Assembly: GCA_039630345.1 (NCBI GenBank)
Contig: JBCNVD010000033.1
Coordinates: forward strand, 1 to 26,294
Source: Aquificaceae bacterium
GTDB taxonomy: Bacteria; Aquificota; Aquificia; Aquificales; Aquificaceae
DNA: 26,294 nucleotides
Direction: 5' to 3'
The notes beneath the pieces are model-generated. The model did not search any database, was not told the DNA's origin, and worked only from the letters and a program-made list of their open reading frames with translations. The translations under genes and the position numbers were made by a program. Of the stretch, positions 8,177-18,339 are shown piece after piece; position 1 is the stretch's first letter; each line of letters opens with the position of its first letter.

Positions 8177-9924
8177 AGGGCCTTTTTATGGTTTTGATTT
8201 TGCTCTTTTTTGTCTACGCTCCGGCGCAAACCGTGCGCGAAATGAGGTTTGAGAATGTCAAGTTAGAAACAGTTCTGAAAGCGCTTGCTGAATCCGCCTC
8301 AATGAGTGTTATTTTTGACCCTGCTATAGCTCCTGATTTGCAAAAAACCATAACTGTCAGCATCGTTAAGCCAGTACCCGTAGGTGAGGTTTTTAACCTG
8401 GTGCTTAAAGAGTATGGTCTCATAGCAGTCCCTGCCGAGGGCAGAGTGTTTAAAATAACAAAAGCCAGCCAGTTATCCTTTAGTCTTGCTGGACTTGAGA
8501 ATAAACAGGTTGATGAGCTATTGCAATATTTAAAGATGAATGTAAGCCCTTCAGCGGAGATTATAGTTGATAAAACTCTAAAGGTCGTAACTGTAAGAGA
8601 CGAAGAATCTGTTATCAAGAGGCTTGAGCCTATATTCAAAGACTATAGAAAACTGGCTGAAACCATAGCACCCTCAGATAGAGAGCAACGCCAGACAAGG
8701 GTTTACTACCTTCGATACATAACCCCGGATGAGGCAGAGCGCAGGATAAAACTCCTCACAAAGCCAGAGACTGTTATATCCAAAGTTTACTCGTTCTCTG
8801 CTCTTGTTATTACTGATACTGTAGATAATCTAAATGCCTATGCAAAAGCCCTGGAGCCTTTTCTTACTTCCACACCGGTTGAGCGAAAGCCAGTTACCAA
8901 AATCTTCTATCTTAAATACATAAGCCCTGACGAATTCATAAAAATGACAGAACCACTGCGTTCTGAAGCAAGCATGATTTTAAGCGGTGGTGCATTGCTA
9001 GACCCTGTAGTGACTCCTGCAGCTCCTCAAAACCAACAACAGGGGCAACAACCTCAGCAGCAGCAACAGCAACAGCAAGTTAGAGCCCCAACGCCCATCA
9101 TCAAGGAGTTTAACGCGGTTATGATAACAGACTACCCTGATGTTATCGAGACAATCCGCGATAGATTCAAAGACTACATAAGCGAAAGTCCAGTTAGAGT
9201 TTCAATAGAAGCCAGAATAATGGAGATTCGTGAAGAGGGTCTTCGCGAGCTTGGGATTAACTGGAACGCTTTGCTATCTCAGGCAACATTGCCACAATTT
9301 GTCTCTGGTGGGGTTGCCTCTAATGCTTCAATAGGAGCTCCGCTATCTCCGACTCCAGGACTTTCGCCAGCTGTTGGTGGAGTTGTTACTTTGACATATC
9401 AGCGCGGTATTTTAAACGCTTTGAATTTAAGACTATCCGCCCTTGAGAGAGTTAATAAAGCACGTAGTCTGGCAAAGCCAACAGTTGTTACCATAAACGG
9501 ACAAAAGGCGGTTATAAGACAGGGAACGCAGGTACCTTATCAAACCGCTGCAGTTGGAGGTGGTGGTACTGCGGTGCCAAACGTTCAGTTTGTTGATGTG
9601 GTTTTGCAGCTGGATGTCACCCCTGTTGTATCCCCTGACGGCAGGATATTAATAGATGTTAAAATAACCCGCGATACAATAGGTGCTCAAACTGCGACCG
9701 GTCCTGCAATTAACAAAAAAGAGATTAACACCAAGATTATTGTTGAAAACGGACAAACTGTTGTACTTGGTGGAGTCATTGACAATCAGGATAATACAAC
9801 TGTGGAGGGCGTACCGGGTCTTGTGAGAGTCCCGCTTCTTAAGTATCTACTTGGTCAGGAGAGATTCCAGAATATAAACACTGAGCTTCTTATATTTATA
9901 ACCCCGACTATCATAACTCAGTAA
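8173..9924 (+). CDS. pilQ: Type IV pilus secretin PilQ
   Basis: Signal peptide, N0-like domain ('MRFENVKLETVLKALAE'), repeated secretin-N domains, and a secretin core ('VSIEARIME', 'LGINW', 'GTQVPY', 'LQLDVTPVV', 'GQTVVLGG', 'VPGLVRVPLLKYL', 'ELLIFITPTI'). Confidence 0.93.
   Translation: MKGLFMVLILLFFVYAPAQTVREMRFENVKLETVLKALAESASMSVIFDPAIAPDLQKTITVSIVKPVPVGEVFNLVLKEYGLIAVPAEGRVFKITKASQLSFSLAGLENKQVDELLQYLKMNVSPSAEIIVDKTLKVVTVRDEESVIKRLEPIFKDYRKLAETIAPSDREQRQTRVYYLRYITPDEAERRIKLLTKPETVISKVYSFSALVITDTVDNLNAYAKALEPFLTSTPVERKPVTKIFYLKYISPDEFIKMTEPLRSEASMILSGGALLDPVVTPAAPQNQQQGQQPQQQQQQQQVRAPTPIIKEFNAVMITDYPDVIETIRDRFKDYISESPVRVSIEARIMEIREEGLRELGINWNALLSQATLPQFVSGGVASNASIGAPLSPTPGLSPAVGGVVTLTYQRGILNALNLRLSALERVNKARSLAKPTVVTINGQKAVIRQGTQVPYQTAAVGGGGTAVPNVQFVDVVLQLDVTPVVSPDGRILIDVKITRDTIGAQTATGPAINKKEINTKIIVENGQTVVLGGVIDNQDNTTVEGVPGLVRVPLLKYLLGQERFQNINTELLIFITPTIITQ
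9055..9078 (+). repeat. CAG/CAA trinucleotide tract encoding Q8 in PilQ
   Basis: CAG CAG CAG CAA CAG CAA CAG CAA, within 'PQNQQQGQQPQQQQQQQQ'. Confidence 0.85.
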
Positions 9925-10565
9925 TGCCTAAATTGGTTCTTAAAAACCTGCGCGCCGACTCAGCGGAAGTTGTGGCCGGCGCGCTCTCCGAGCATGGCAT
10001 TTCAGCCTCTAAACTCTTGAATGAAGTATTCAAAGGTAAAAGTGAGGTAATCATAATCTGCCCGGAGCAAAAACTTGATGCTGTTATGAATTCACTCTCT
10101 GGTCTTTGCACTGTAGAGGTTCTTAAGGAGAAAGAACCCAAAATAGACAGGATTACATCTCTATTTTTCATAGGGATAGTTTTTGATAATGCTTTGCTAT
10201 TTTTTCTCCTGAAATTATCTATCTACAATGAAGGTATGAAAGCGGCCCTTCTTGGGGTTATGAAAGATATGAGAGCTCAGACTATGTTTCAGCACTTTCT
10301 TGCTCTTATTTTTATAGCAAATTACTATTTTGCAATGTTTTTTGTCAAAAGTGTCCCCCCTTTAAGCTCTCTCCTGGGGCTTGAGGTAAAAGGCGACAGA
10401 GTTTTTATTGCGCTTGCCTACTGTGCTGTTTTACCCTCTTTGATGTTGCTGGCTGTTGGTAATAATCTTATGCGCTTTTTGGGGTTTGTTTTGATATCTC
10501 TGACAATTGGGGTTGGTCTTTATGCGGGCTCGTCTGTCAAGCTGGAAAAGAGAGGCTGGCTTTAG
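9924..10565 (+). CDS. Hypothetical membrane protein: small N-terminal alpha/beta domain plus about 4 TM helices, RDD-like
   Basis: Four hydrophobic stretches in the C-terminal two thirds. 'FDNALL' and 'PPLSSLLGLEV' loosely echo RDD-family motifs. TAATG overlap with the pilQ stop. Confidence 0.55.
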   Translation: MPKLVLKNLRADSAEVVAGALSEHGISASKLLNEVFKGKSEVIIICPEQKLDAVMNSLSGLCTVEVLKEKEPKIDRITSLFFIGIVFDNALLFFLLKLSIYNEGMKAALLGVMKDMRAQTMFQHFLALIFIANYYFAMFFVKSVPPLSSLLGLEVKGDRVFIALAYCAVLPSLMLLAVGNNLMRFLGFVLISLTIGVGLYAGSSVKLEKRGWL

Positions 10566-10624
10566 TAATTTAAAGCTGCTGAATGTCATTTCAAAAAGTC
10601 TAGCAAGGTCTAGATTCTATAATT

Positions 10625-11575
10625 ATGCTTACGCTTTTACAAAAAGACTCTGTTTCAGAGCTCCAGCTTAAAATAAGGGAAATAGCCAAGGCAAAAAACG
10701 CGGTAATACTGGCTCATTACTATCAGCGTCCTGAGGTTCAGGATATTTCTGATTTCATCGGTGATTCTTTGGAGCTTTCTCGCAAAGCCTCTCAGACAGA
10801 TGCTAGCATAATACTCTTTTGCGGTGTTAGATTTATGTGTGAAACAGCCAAGATAGTAAATCCAACTAAAAAAGTCCTGCACCCAAATCCGGAATCCGGC
10901 TGTCCAATGGCAGATATGGTAACTGCCAAAGATGTAATAAAGTTAAGAGAGCTCTATCCTGATGCGGCGGTGGTTTCTTATGTCAATACCACAGCAGAGG
11001 TCAAAGCAGTCAGCGACGTTTGTGTGACTTCCGCTAATGCGATAAAAGTCATTCAAAAACTTCCTCACAGGAGAATTATCTTTGTCCCAGACCAAGCACT
11101 CGGTAGCTGGGTTCAGAAGCATCTGCCTGATAAAGAGTTTATAATGTGGAAGGGTTTTTGCCCTCCTCACTATGAATTTACAGCCAGCGAGGTTATAAAA
11201 CTCAAAGAGAAATACAAAGACGCCAAAGTGGCAGTCCATCCAGAGTGTCATCCTGAAGTTATAAAGCTTGCTGATTTTGTTGGCTCTACCTCTCAAATAA
11301 TCTCTTACGCAACAAGTTGCGAAGCAAACAGGGTTATAGTAATTACAGAAGTTGGATTAAAGCACACTCTTATGAAGAAAAACCCAACAAAAGAATATAT
11401 ATTCCCCGAACCTATGAATTACTGTGGCAGTGTCTATTGCTGCACTATGAAGGGTATAACGCTCCAGAATATCTATAACACCATAAGTTATGAGCTAAAC
11501 GAGGTAAATCTCCCTGAAGATATAATAGAAAGAGCCAGAAAGCCACTTTTTAAAATGCTTGAGCTATCCTCTTAA
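10625..11575 (+). CDS. nadA: Quinolinate synthase
   Basis: Motifs 'ILAHYYQRPEVQ', 'GDSLELS', 'FCGVRFM', 'GCPMADM', 'YVNTTAEVKA', 'FCPPH', 'VHPEC', 'GSTSQI', 'CTMK', including the 4Fe-4S Cys ligands. Confidence 0.97.
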   Translation: MLTLLQKDSVSELQLKIREIAKAKNAVILAHYYQRPEVQDISDFIGDSLELSRKASQTDASIILFCGVRFMCETAKIVNPTKKVLHPNPESGCPMADMVTAKDVIKLRELYPDAAVVSYVNTTAEVKAVSDVCVTSANAIKVIQKLPHRRIIFVPDQALGSWVQKHLPDKEFIMWKGFCPPHYEFTASEVIKLKEKYKDAKVAVHPECHPEVIKLADFVGSTSQIISYATSCEANRVIVITEVGLKHTLMKKNPTKEYIFPEPMNYCGSVYCCTMKGITLQNIYNTISYELNEVNLPEDIIERARKPLFKMLELSS

Positions 11576-12637
11576 ATGATAAAGAGAAGAAAAACAAGAG
11601 AAATCCAAGTAGGCTGGGTAAAAGTAGGCGGCAATGCCCCCATAGTGGTTCAGTCAATGACCTCTACAAAGACCCACGATGTTGAATCCACCCTAAGTCA
11701 GATTAAAAGACTTTATGAAAAAGGATGCGAGCTAATAAGAGTGGCGGTTCCACACGAAGAAGATGTTGAGGCTCTTGAAGAGATAATCAAAAACTCCCCC
11801 ATGCCTGTAATAGCTGATATACACTTTGCCCCTTCTTATGCTTTCAAATCAATGCAAAAAGGGGTTCATGGTATCAGGATAAACCCGGGCAACATAGGAA
11901 AACAAGAGATAGTCAGAGATATAATCCAGGAAGCGAAGAGACTGAAAGTAGCTGTAAGACTTGGGGTTAATTCTGGTTCTTTGGAAAAAGACCTTCTTGA
12001 AAAGCATGGGTATCCTTCCGCTCAGGCGCTTTTTGAAAGCGCCATGCGCTGGTCTGAGAGGTTTGAAAAATGGGGCTTTTACAACTTTAAAGTCTCGATA
12101 AAAGGCTCAGATGTTATTCAAAATGTGCTTGCAAACACGCTCTTTGCAAACCAGACAGATATCCCGCTTCATATAGGTATTACAGAAGCTGGAATGGGCA
12201 TTAAAGGCATCACAAAGTCTGCAGTCGGGATAGGAATTTTGCTATATAGCGGCATAGGAGATACACTGAGAGTTTCGCTAACAGACGACCCGGAGGTCGA
12301 GGTCGAAGTTGCTTATGAGATTCTTAAATCCTTAGGCATTAGAAGAAGAGGGGTAGAGATAGTTGCATGTCCTACCTGTGGAAGGATTGAAGTAGACCTT
12401 CCTAAGGTGGTAAAAGAGGTCGAAAGAGCTCTTGAAGGGGTAAAACTCCCCATAAAAGTTGCCATAATGGGATGCGTGGTAAATGCTATAGGAGAAGCAA
12501 GAGAGGCAGATATAGGTCTTGCATGCGGAAAGGGTTTTGCTTGGCTTTTTAAAGACGGAAAACCCATAAAAAAAGTTCAGGAAGAGGACATGGCAAGGGC
12601 TCTTTTGGAGGAGATTGAGAGAAGTTATAATTCTTAA
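11576..12637 (+). CDS. ispG: 4-hydroxy-3-methylbut-2-en-1-yl diphosphate synthase (flavodoxin/ferredoxin)
   Basis: Motifs 'VQSMT', 'ADIHF', 'RINPGNIG', 'GVNSGSL', 'LHIGITEAG', 'GDTLRVSL', 'CPTCGR', 'MGCVVN'. Confidence 0.97.
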   Translation: MIKRRKTREIQVGWVKVGGNAPIVVQSMTSTKTHDVESTLSQIKRLYEKGCELIRVAVPHEEDVEALEEIIKNSPMPVIADIHFAPSYAFKSMQKGVHGIRINPGNIGKQEIVRDIIQEAKRLKVAVRLGVNSGSLEKDLLEKHGYPSAQALFESAMRWSERFEKWGFYNFKVSIKGSDVIQNVLANTLFANQTDIPLHIGITEAGMGIKGITKSAVGIGILLYSGIGDTLRVSLTDDPEVEVEVAYEILKSLGIRRRGVEIVACPTCGRIEVDLPKVVKEVERALEGVKLPIKVAIMGCVVNAIGEAREADIGLACGKGFAWLFKDGKPIKKVQEEDMARALLEEIERSYNS

Positions 12638-12641
12638 AATA

Positions 12642-13478
12642 GTGGGATTTTTAGACAGGTTTAGAAAAAAACAGAAAGAAAACCTCTGGACAAAGTGTGA
12701 AAACTGTAAATCTATACTGTATGTCCCGGAACTAAAGAAGAATCTGGGCGTTTGTCCAAGTTGTCAGTTTCATTTTCCCCTTGGTACTTACGAGCGGGCC
12801 AGTTCTCTTCTTGATGAGGGCTGGAGAGAGCTCTTTAGTAGCATAACCTCGCTTGATCCTCTTGGGTTTAAGGACACAAAGCCATATCAGGAAAGACTAA
12901 AGCAAGCCAGTGAGCAAACAGGCCTTTCTGAGGCAATGACTTTTTTTGAGGGAAAAATAGGGGGCAGAGAGGTTATCCTTGGCGTTCTTGATTTTGCATT
13001 CATAGGAGGGAGCATGGGCTCTGTTGTTGGCGAGCGGTTTTATCGCGCCTGCTTGAAAGCAGGCGCGGATTTAGTACCTTTAATAACAATAACTTCCTCT
13101 GGGGGAGCAAGAATGCAAGAGGGTATCTTGTCGCTTATGCAAATGGCAAAGACCTCAATAGGTGTTGGGATTTTACGCTCTAAGGGGATTGTTTATATAT
13201 CTGTGCTTGCAAACCCGACCCTTGGGGGGGTTGCGGCAAGTTTTGCCTCGCTTGGCGATGTAGTTATTGCAGAGCCCGGAGCCCTGATTGGCTTTGCAGG
13301 TCCCAGGGTTATAGAGCAAACTATCAAACAGCAACTGCCCGAGGGCTTTCAGAGTTCTGAGTTTTTGCTTCAGAAGGGCATGGTGGATATGGTAGTTCAT
13401 AGAAAAGATCTCAGGTCAACTATTGAGACTCTTTTACAAATCGGGACTTACTGGAGAGAAAGTGCAGCTAGATCTTGA
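12642..13478 (+). CDS. accD: Acetyl-CoA carboxylase carboxyltransferase beta subunit
   Basis: Zinc ribbon 'WTKCENC...VCPSC', plus 'FIGGSMGSVVGE', 'SGGARMQEG', 'GGVAASFA', 'GFAGPRVIEQT'. Likely start is GTG 12642 (MGFLDRF) rather than TTG 12615. Confidence 0.96.
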   Translation: MGFLDRFRKKQKENLWTKCENCKSILYVPELKKNLGVCPSCQFHFPLGTYERASSLLDEGWRELFSSITSLDPLGFKDTKPYQERLKQASEQTGLSEAMTFFEGKIGGREVILGVLDFAFIGGSMGSVVGERFYRACLKAGADLVPLITITSSGGARMQEGILSLMQMAKTSIGVGILRSKGIVYISVLANPTLGGVAASFASLGDVVIAEPGALIGFAGPRVIEQTIKQQLPEGFQSSEFLLQKGMVDMVVHRKDLRSTIETLLQIGTYWRESAARS

Positions 13479-14067
13479 AAAAAACCCGTTTGCTCTGGCT
13501 TATGAAATGGTTGAAAAGGGTCAGATTGACCCGTGGGATATTGATATATCAGAGCTGGCACAGGCTTATCTGTCTTTTTTAAAAGAGGCGGAGCTGAAAG
13601 ATTTAAGGATTCCTGCGCGCGTAATTTACGCAGCAGCTTTTTTATTAAAAAAACAAGCTCAAAGCATATTGCCAGACCCACCAAGAAAGAGACAACGCAT
13701 TACTTTGAGAGAAATAGAAGAGCAATTTTATCAACAGGAGCAATCTTTAGCTGAAGAAAAAACCGATAAAAAAGCAAGCCGAAAGAGATCTAGTAAGGGC
13801 TTTAAAAAGCCGGCTCAAGATGAGCCTAATTTACCTTTGCATATCTCTCGCTACGAAGATGCCCTTAGGGAAATACTACTTAGCTTGGATGCATCTGGCG
13901 TTATATTTTCCCTTTTTGAACTTGTAAAAGACCGCCCTGTGGTTCCCCACTTGCTGGCTCTTATGAATCTCTATAGCGAAGGAGCAGTTGATATTTTGCA
14001 ACAGGCTCCATACAAAGACCTGTCCATAGTTAAGTTAAAGCCAACAAAGGGTAGTATAATGTCATAA
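13462..14067 (+). CDS. scpA: Segregation/condensation protein A (kleisin ScpA)
   Basis: N-terminal 'IDPWDIDISELAQAYL...AAFLLKKQA' and C-terminal winged helix 'HLLALMNL...VDILQQAPYKDL'. Likely start is GTG 13462 behind GGAG. Confidence 0.85.
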   Translation: MQLDLEKNPFALAYEMVEKGQIDPWDIDISELAQAYLSFLKEAELKDLRIPARVIYAAAFLLKKQAQSILPDPPRKRQRITLREIEEQFYQQEQSLAEEKTDKKASRKRSSKGFKKPAQDEPNLPLHISRYEDALREILLSLDASGVIFSLFELVKDRPVVPHLLALMNLYSEGAVDILQQAPYKDLSIVKLKPTKGSIMS

Positions 14068-14069
14068 GA

Positions 14070-14699
14070 ATGCAGCTGGAAGAGCTAAAGTTTGACCAAA
14101 ACGGGCTCTTACCGGCTATTGCCCAGGATTGGCAAACTGGCGAAATCAGGATGTTTGCCTGGGTCAACAAAGAAGCGCTTGATTTAACCCTAAAGACTGG
14201 CTTTGCCCACTATTATTCTCGCTCAAGAAACGCCATATGGAAAAAAGGCGAAACTTCGGGAGAGCTCCAAAGAATCATCGATGTGCGAATAGATTGCGAC
14301 TTAGACACTGTGCTTTATCTTGTTATTCAAGAAAAAAACACTGCATGTCACACAGGTGAGAGGAACTGTTTTTTCAGTAGTCTCTTAAACCCTTCTTCTA
14401 AAGTCTCGATTTCCCCTTTTGAGACGCTCAGGCGTCTTGAGGAGATAATTAACCAAAGACTAAAAGAAAAACCCGAAGGCTCTTACACAGCCCATCTTGC
14501 AAATCAGGGCAACGATAGAGTCTTTCAAAAATTCGGTGAAGAAGCCATAGAAACCCTTATAGCACTCAAAAACCAGGATGACAATCATTTAATAAGCGAA
14601 ACTGCTGATCTTTTATATCATCTTTTGCTATCTCTTGCAGTCCGCAATGTCCCATTTGAAAAAGTTTTGCTGGAATTGATAGCTCGCATAAAGCCGTGA
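14070..14699 (+). CDS. hisIE: Bifunctional phosphoribosyl-AMP cyclohydrolase / phosphoribosyl-ATP pyrophosphatase
   Basis: HisI motifs 'YYSRSR..IWKKGETSG', 'DCDLD', 'ACHTGERNCF'. HisE motifs 'GSYT..L', 'KFGEEAIE', 'ETADLLYH'. Confidence 0.96.
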   Translation: MQLEELKFDQNGLLPAIAQDWQTGEIRMFAWVNKEALDLTLKTGFAHYYSRSRNAIWKKGETSGELQRIIDVRIDCDLDTVLYLVIQEKNTACHTGERNCFFSSLLNPSSKVSISPFETLRRLEEIINQRLKEKPEGSYTAHLANQGNDRVFQKFGEEAIETLIALKNQDDNHLISETADLLYHLLLSLAVRNVPFEKVLLELIARIKP

Positions 14700-15973
14700 G
14701 GGTAATTTTACTAACCCTTTTGGTATTTTCCATTAGCCTGGTCAAAGCAGCAAGTAACAAGGTATTTGTAGTTAGCTGGCAGGGTGCTGTTAGCCCTCTT
14801 ATGGTGGACCATCTTTCGCGCGCTATATCTCTTGCTTCAAAGGAGGGAGCTTCTGCGCTCGTTCTGGAGCTAAATACCCCCGGAGGTCTTGAAAAGTCAA
14901 CCAGAGAGATAGTTCAGCAAATCCAGAATAGCCCCGTGCCTGTGGTGGTTTTTGTCTACCCCCCCGGCGGGAGGGCAGCGTCCGCGGGCGCGATAATAAC
15001 TGTCTGCGCAGACGTCGCAGCAATGGCACCAGGAACTAATATAGGCGCCGCAATGCCAGTAGGTGCAGGAGGCGAAGAGATAGAAAAAACAGCCAGAGAG
15101 AAGCTAATTCAGGACATTCTTGCAATGGTGCGCGGAATAACCTCTCAAAAGGGCAGAAACTCCTCTTTAAGTGAAGAGATGATAACAAAGGGAACATCCC
15201 TTACTTCAGAAGAAGCTCTTAAAGAGAAGGTAATAGACCTGATAGCATCAGATACAAGACAGCTCGTTTCAAAGCTGGATGGCATCAAAGTCAAAAAGCC
15301 CTTTGGCGAAATCACAATAAGTATTAAAAACCCCGTGATAATCCCCGTTGAAAAAACTCTTCGCGAGAACATCCTCTCTACGCTGGCTGACCCGACCCTG
15401 GCTTATTTTCTCCTTATGATTGGCTTTTATGGTATTTTATTTGAGCTATATAGCCCCGGCTCTTTTATCCCGGGCACCATAGGGGTTATTAGCCTCCTTA
15501 TTGGTCTTTATGGCCTTGGGATAATAGGCGTAAATTGGCTTGGTCTTTTGCTATTTTTTGTGGGTCTTGGTCTGATTGCTCTTGAGCTCTTTACCCCCAC
15601 TTATGGGATTCTTGCGGTCTTTGGCGCAATCGGTGCTGCGATAGGCTCTGCCTTGCTTGTAAGCTCCGACTCTCCCTATGGCGATGTTCCATTAGGTTTT
15701 GTGCTGGCGCTTTTGCTAAGCGTCCTTGTCTTTGTGTTTATAGCAGGAAAGCTCGGCCTAAGAGCCCAATCAAGGCAGAAAATGCTCGGCTCAGAAGACC
15801 TCCTTAATCAAATAGCGGTGGCTCAGGAAGACTTTTCCCAAAATCGCGGAAAGGTCTTTGTCCGCGGGGAGCTCTGGGATGCAAAGCTCATCTCTGACGC
15901 AAAAGTCTCCAAAGGTCAGGAACTTATCATCATCGGCATAGAGGGCATGACCCTTCTCGTAAAGCCCAGATAA
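14696..15973 (+). CDS. nfeD: Long-form NfeD: ClpP-class serine protease domain, TM bundle and C-terminal OB fold
   Basis: Motifs 'LELNTPGG', 'GRAASAGA', 'MAPGTNIGAA', a multi-TM region, and C-terminal 'GKVFVRGELWDA'. GTGA overlap with the hisIE stop. Confidence 0.92.
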   Translation: MRVILLTLLVFSISLVKAASNKVFVVSWQGAVSPLMVDHLSRAISLASKEGASALVLELNTPGGLEKSTREIVQQIQNSPVPVVVFVYPPGGRAASAGAIITVCADVAAMAPGTNIGAAMPVGAGGEEIEKTAREKLIQDILAMVRGITSQKGRNSSLSEEMITKGTSLTSEEALKEKVIDLIASDTRQLVSKLDGIKVKKPFGEITISIKNPVIIPVEKTLRENILSTLADPTLAYFLLMIGFYGILFELYSPGSFIPGTIGVISLLIGLYGLGIIGVNWLGLLLFFVGLGLIALELFTPTYGILAVFGAIGAAIGSALLVSSDSPYGDVPLGFVLALLLSVLVFVFIAGKLGLRAQSRQKMLGSEDLLNQIAVAQEDFSQNRGKVFVRGELWDAKLISDAKVSKGQELIIIGIEGMTLLVKPR

Positions 15974-15974
15974 A

Positions 15975-16064
15975 CGGAGAGGGCGGGATTCGAACCCGCG
16001 GTACGGGGTATGCCCGTACACAGCATTTCCAGTGCTGCACCTTCGGCCACTCGGTCACCTCTCC
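15975..16064 (-). tRNA. tRNA-Ser (anticodon GGA), class II long variable arm, CCA not encoded
   Basis: The reverse complement folds as acceptor GGAGAGG/CCTCTCC with discriminator G, anticodon arm CAGCA-CTGGAAA-TGCTG, variable arm GTACGGG-CATAC-CCCGTAC, and T arm GCGGG-TTCGAAT-CCCGC. Confidence 0.97.
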
Positions 16065-16073
16065 TGAACTGGA

Positions 16074-16087
16074 TTTATAATTATAAA
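16074..16087. promoter_or_regulatory. 14-bp palindrome containing back-to-back TATAAT -10 elements (tRNA-Ser / kdsA divergent promoter candidate)
   Basis: TTTATAATTATAAA is a perfect palindrome, with TATAAT on + (16076-16081) and on - (16085-16080), between divergent genes. Confidence 0.6.
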
Positions 16088-16088
16088 G

Positions 16089-18243
<2,155 letters not shown>

Positions 18244-18339
18244 AAGAAAAGATTAAACGCGCCTTTAGGCGCAAAGTCACGCATCCCTCACGCAAAGCCT
18301 CATAGCTCAGCAGCAAAATAATCCTCAAGGAGGAAGGTC

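Noticed and set aside
13224..13230. G7 homopolymer as a phase-variation tract
   Set aside because: It encodes the conserved Gly-Gly of the essential accD, and the frame is intact.
18266..18283. Possible sigma-54 promoter (AGGCGC...GC) upstream of pilY1
   Set aside because: The GG-to-GC spacing is 11 nt rather than the strict 10, and the TTGC element is missing.
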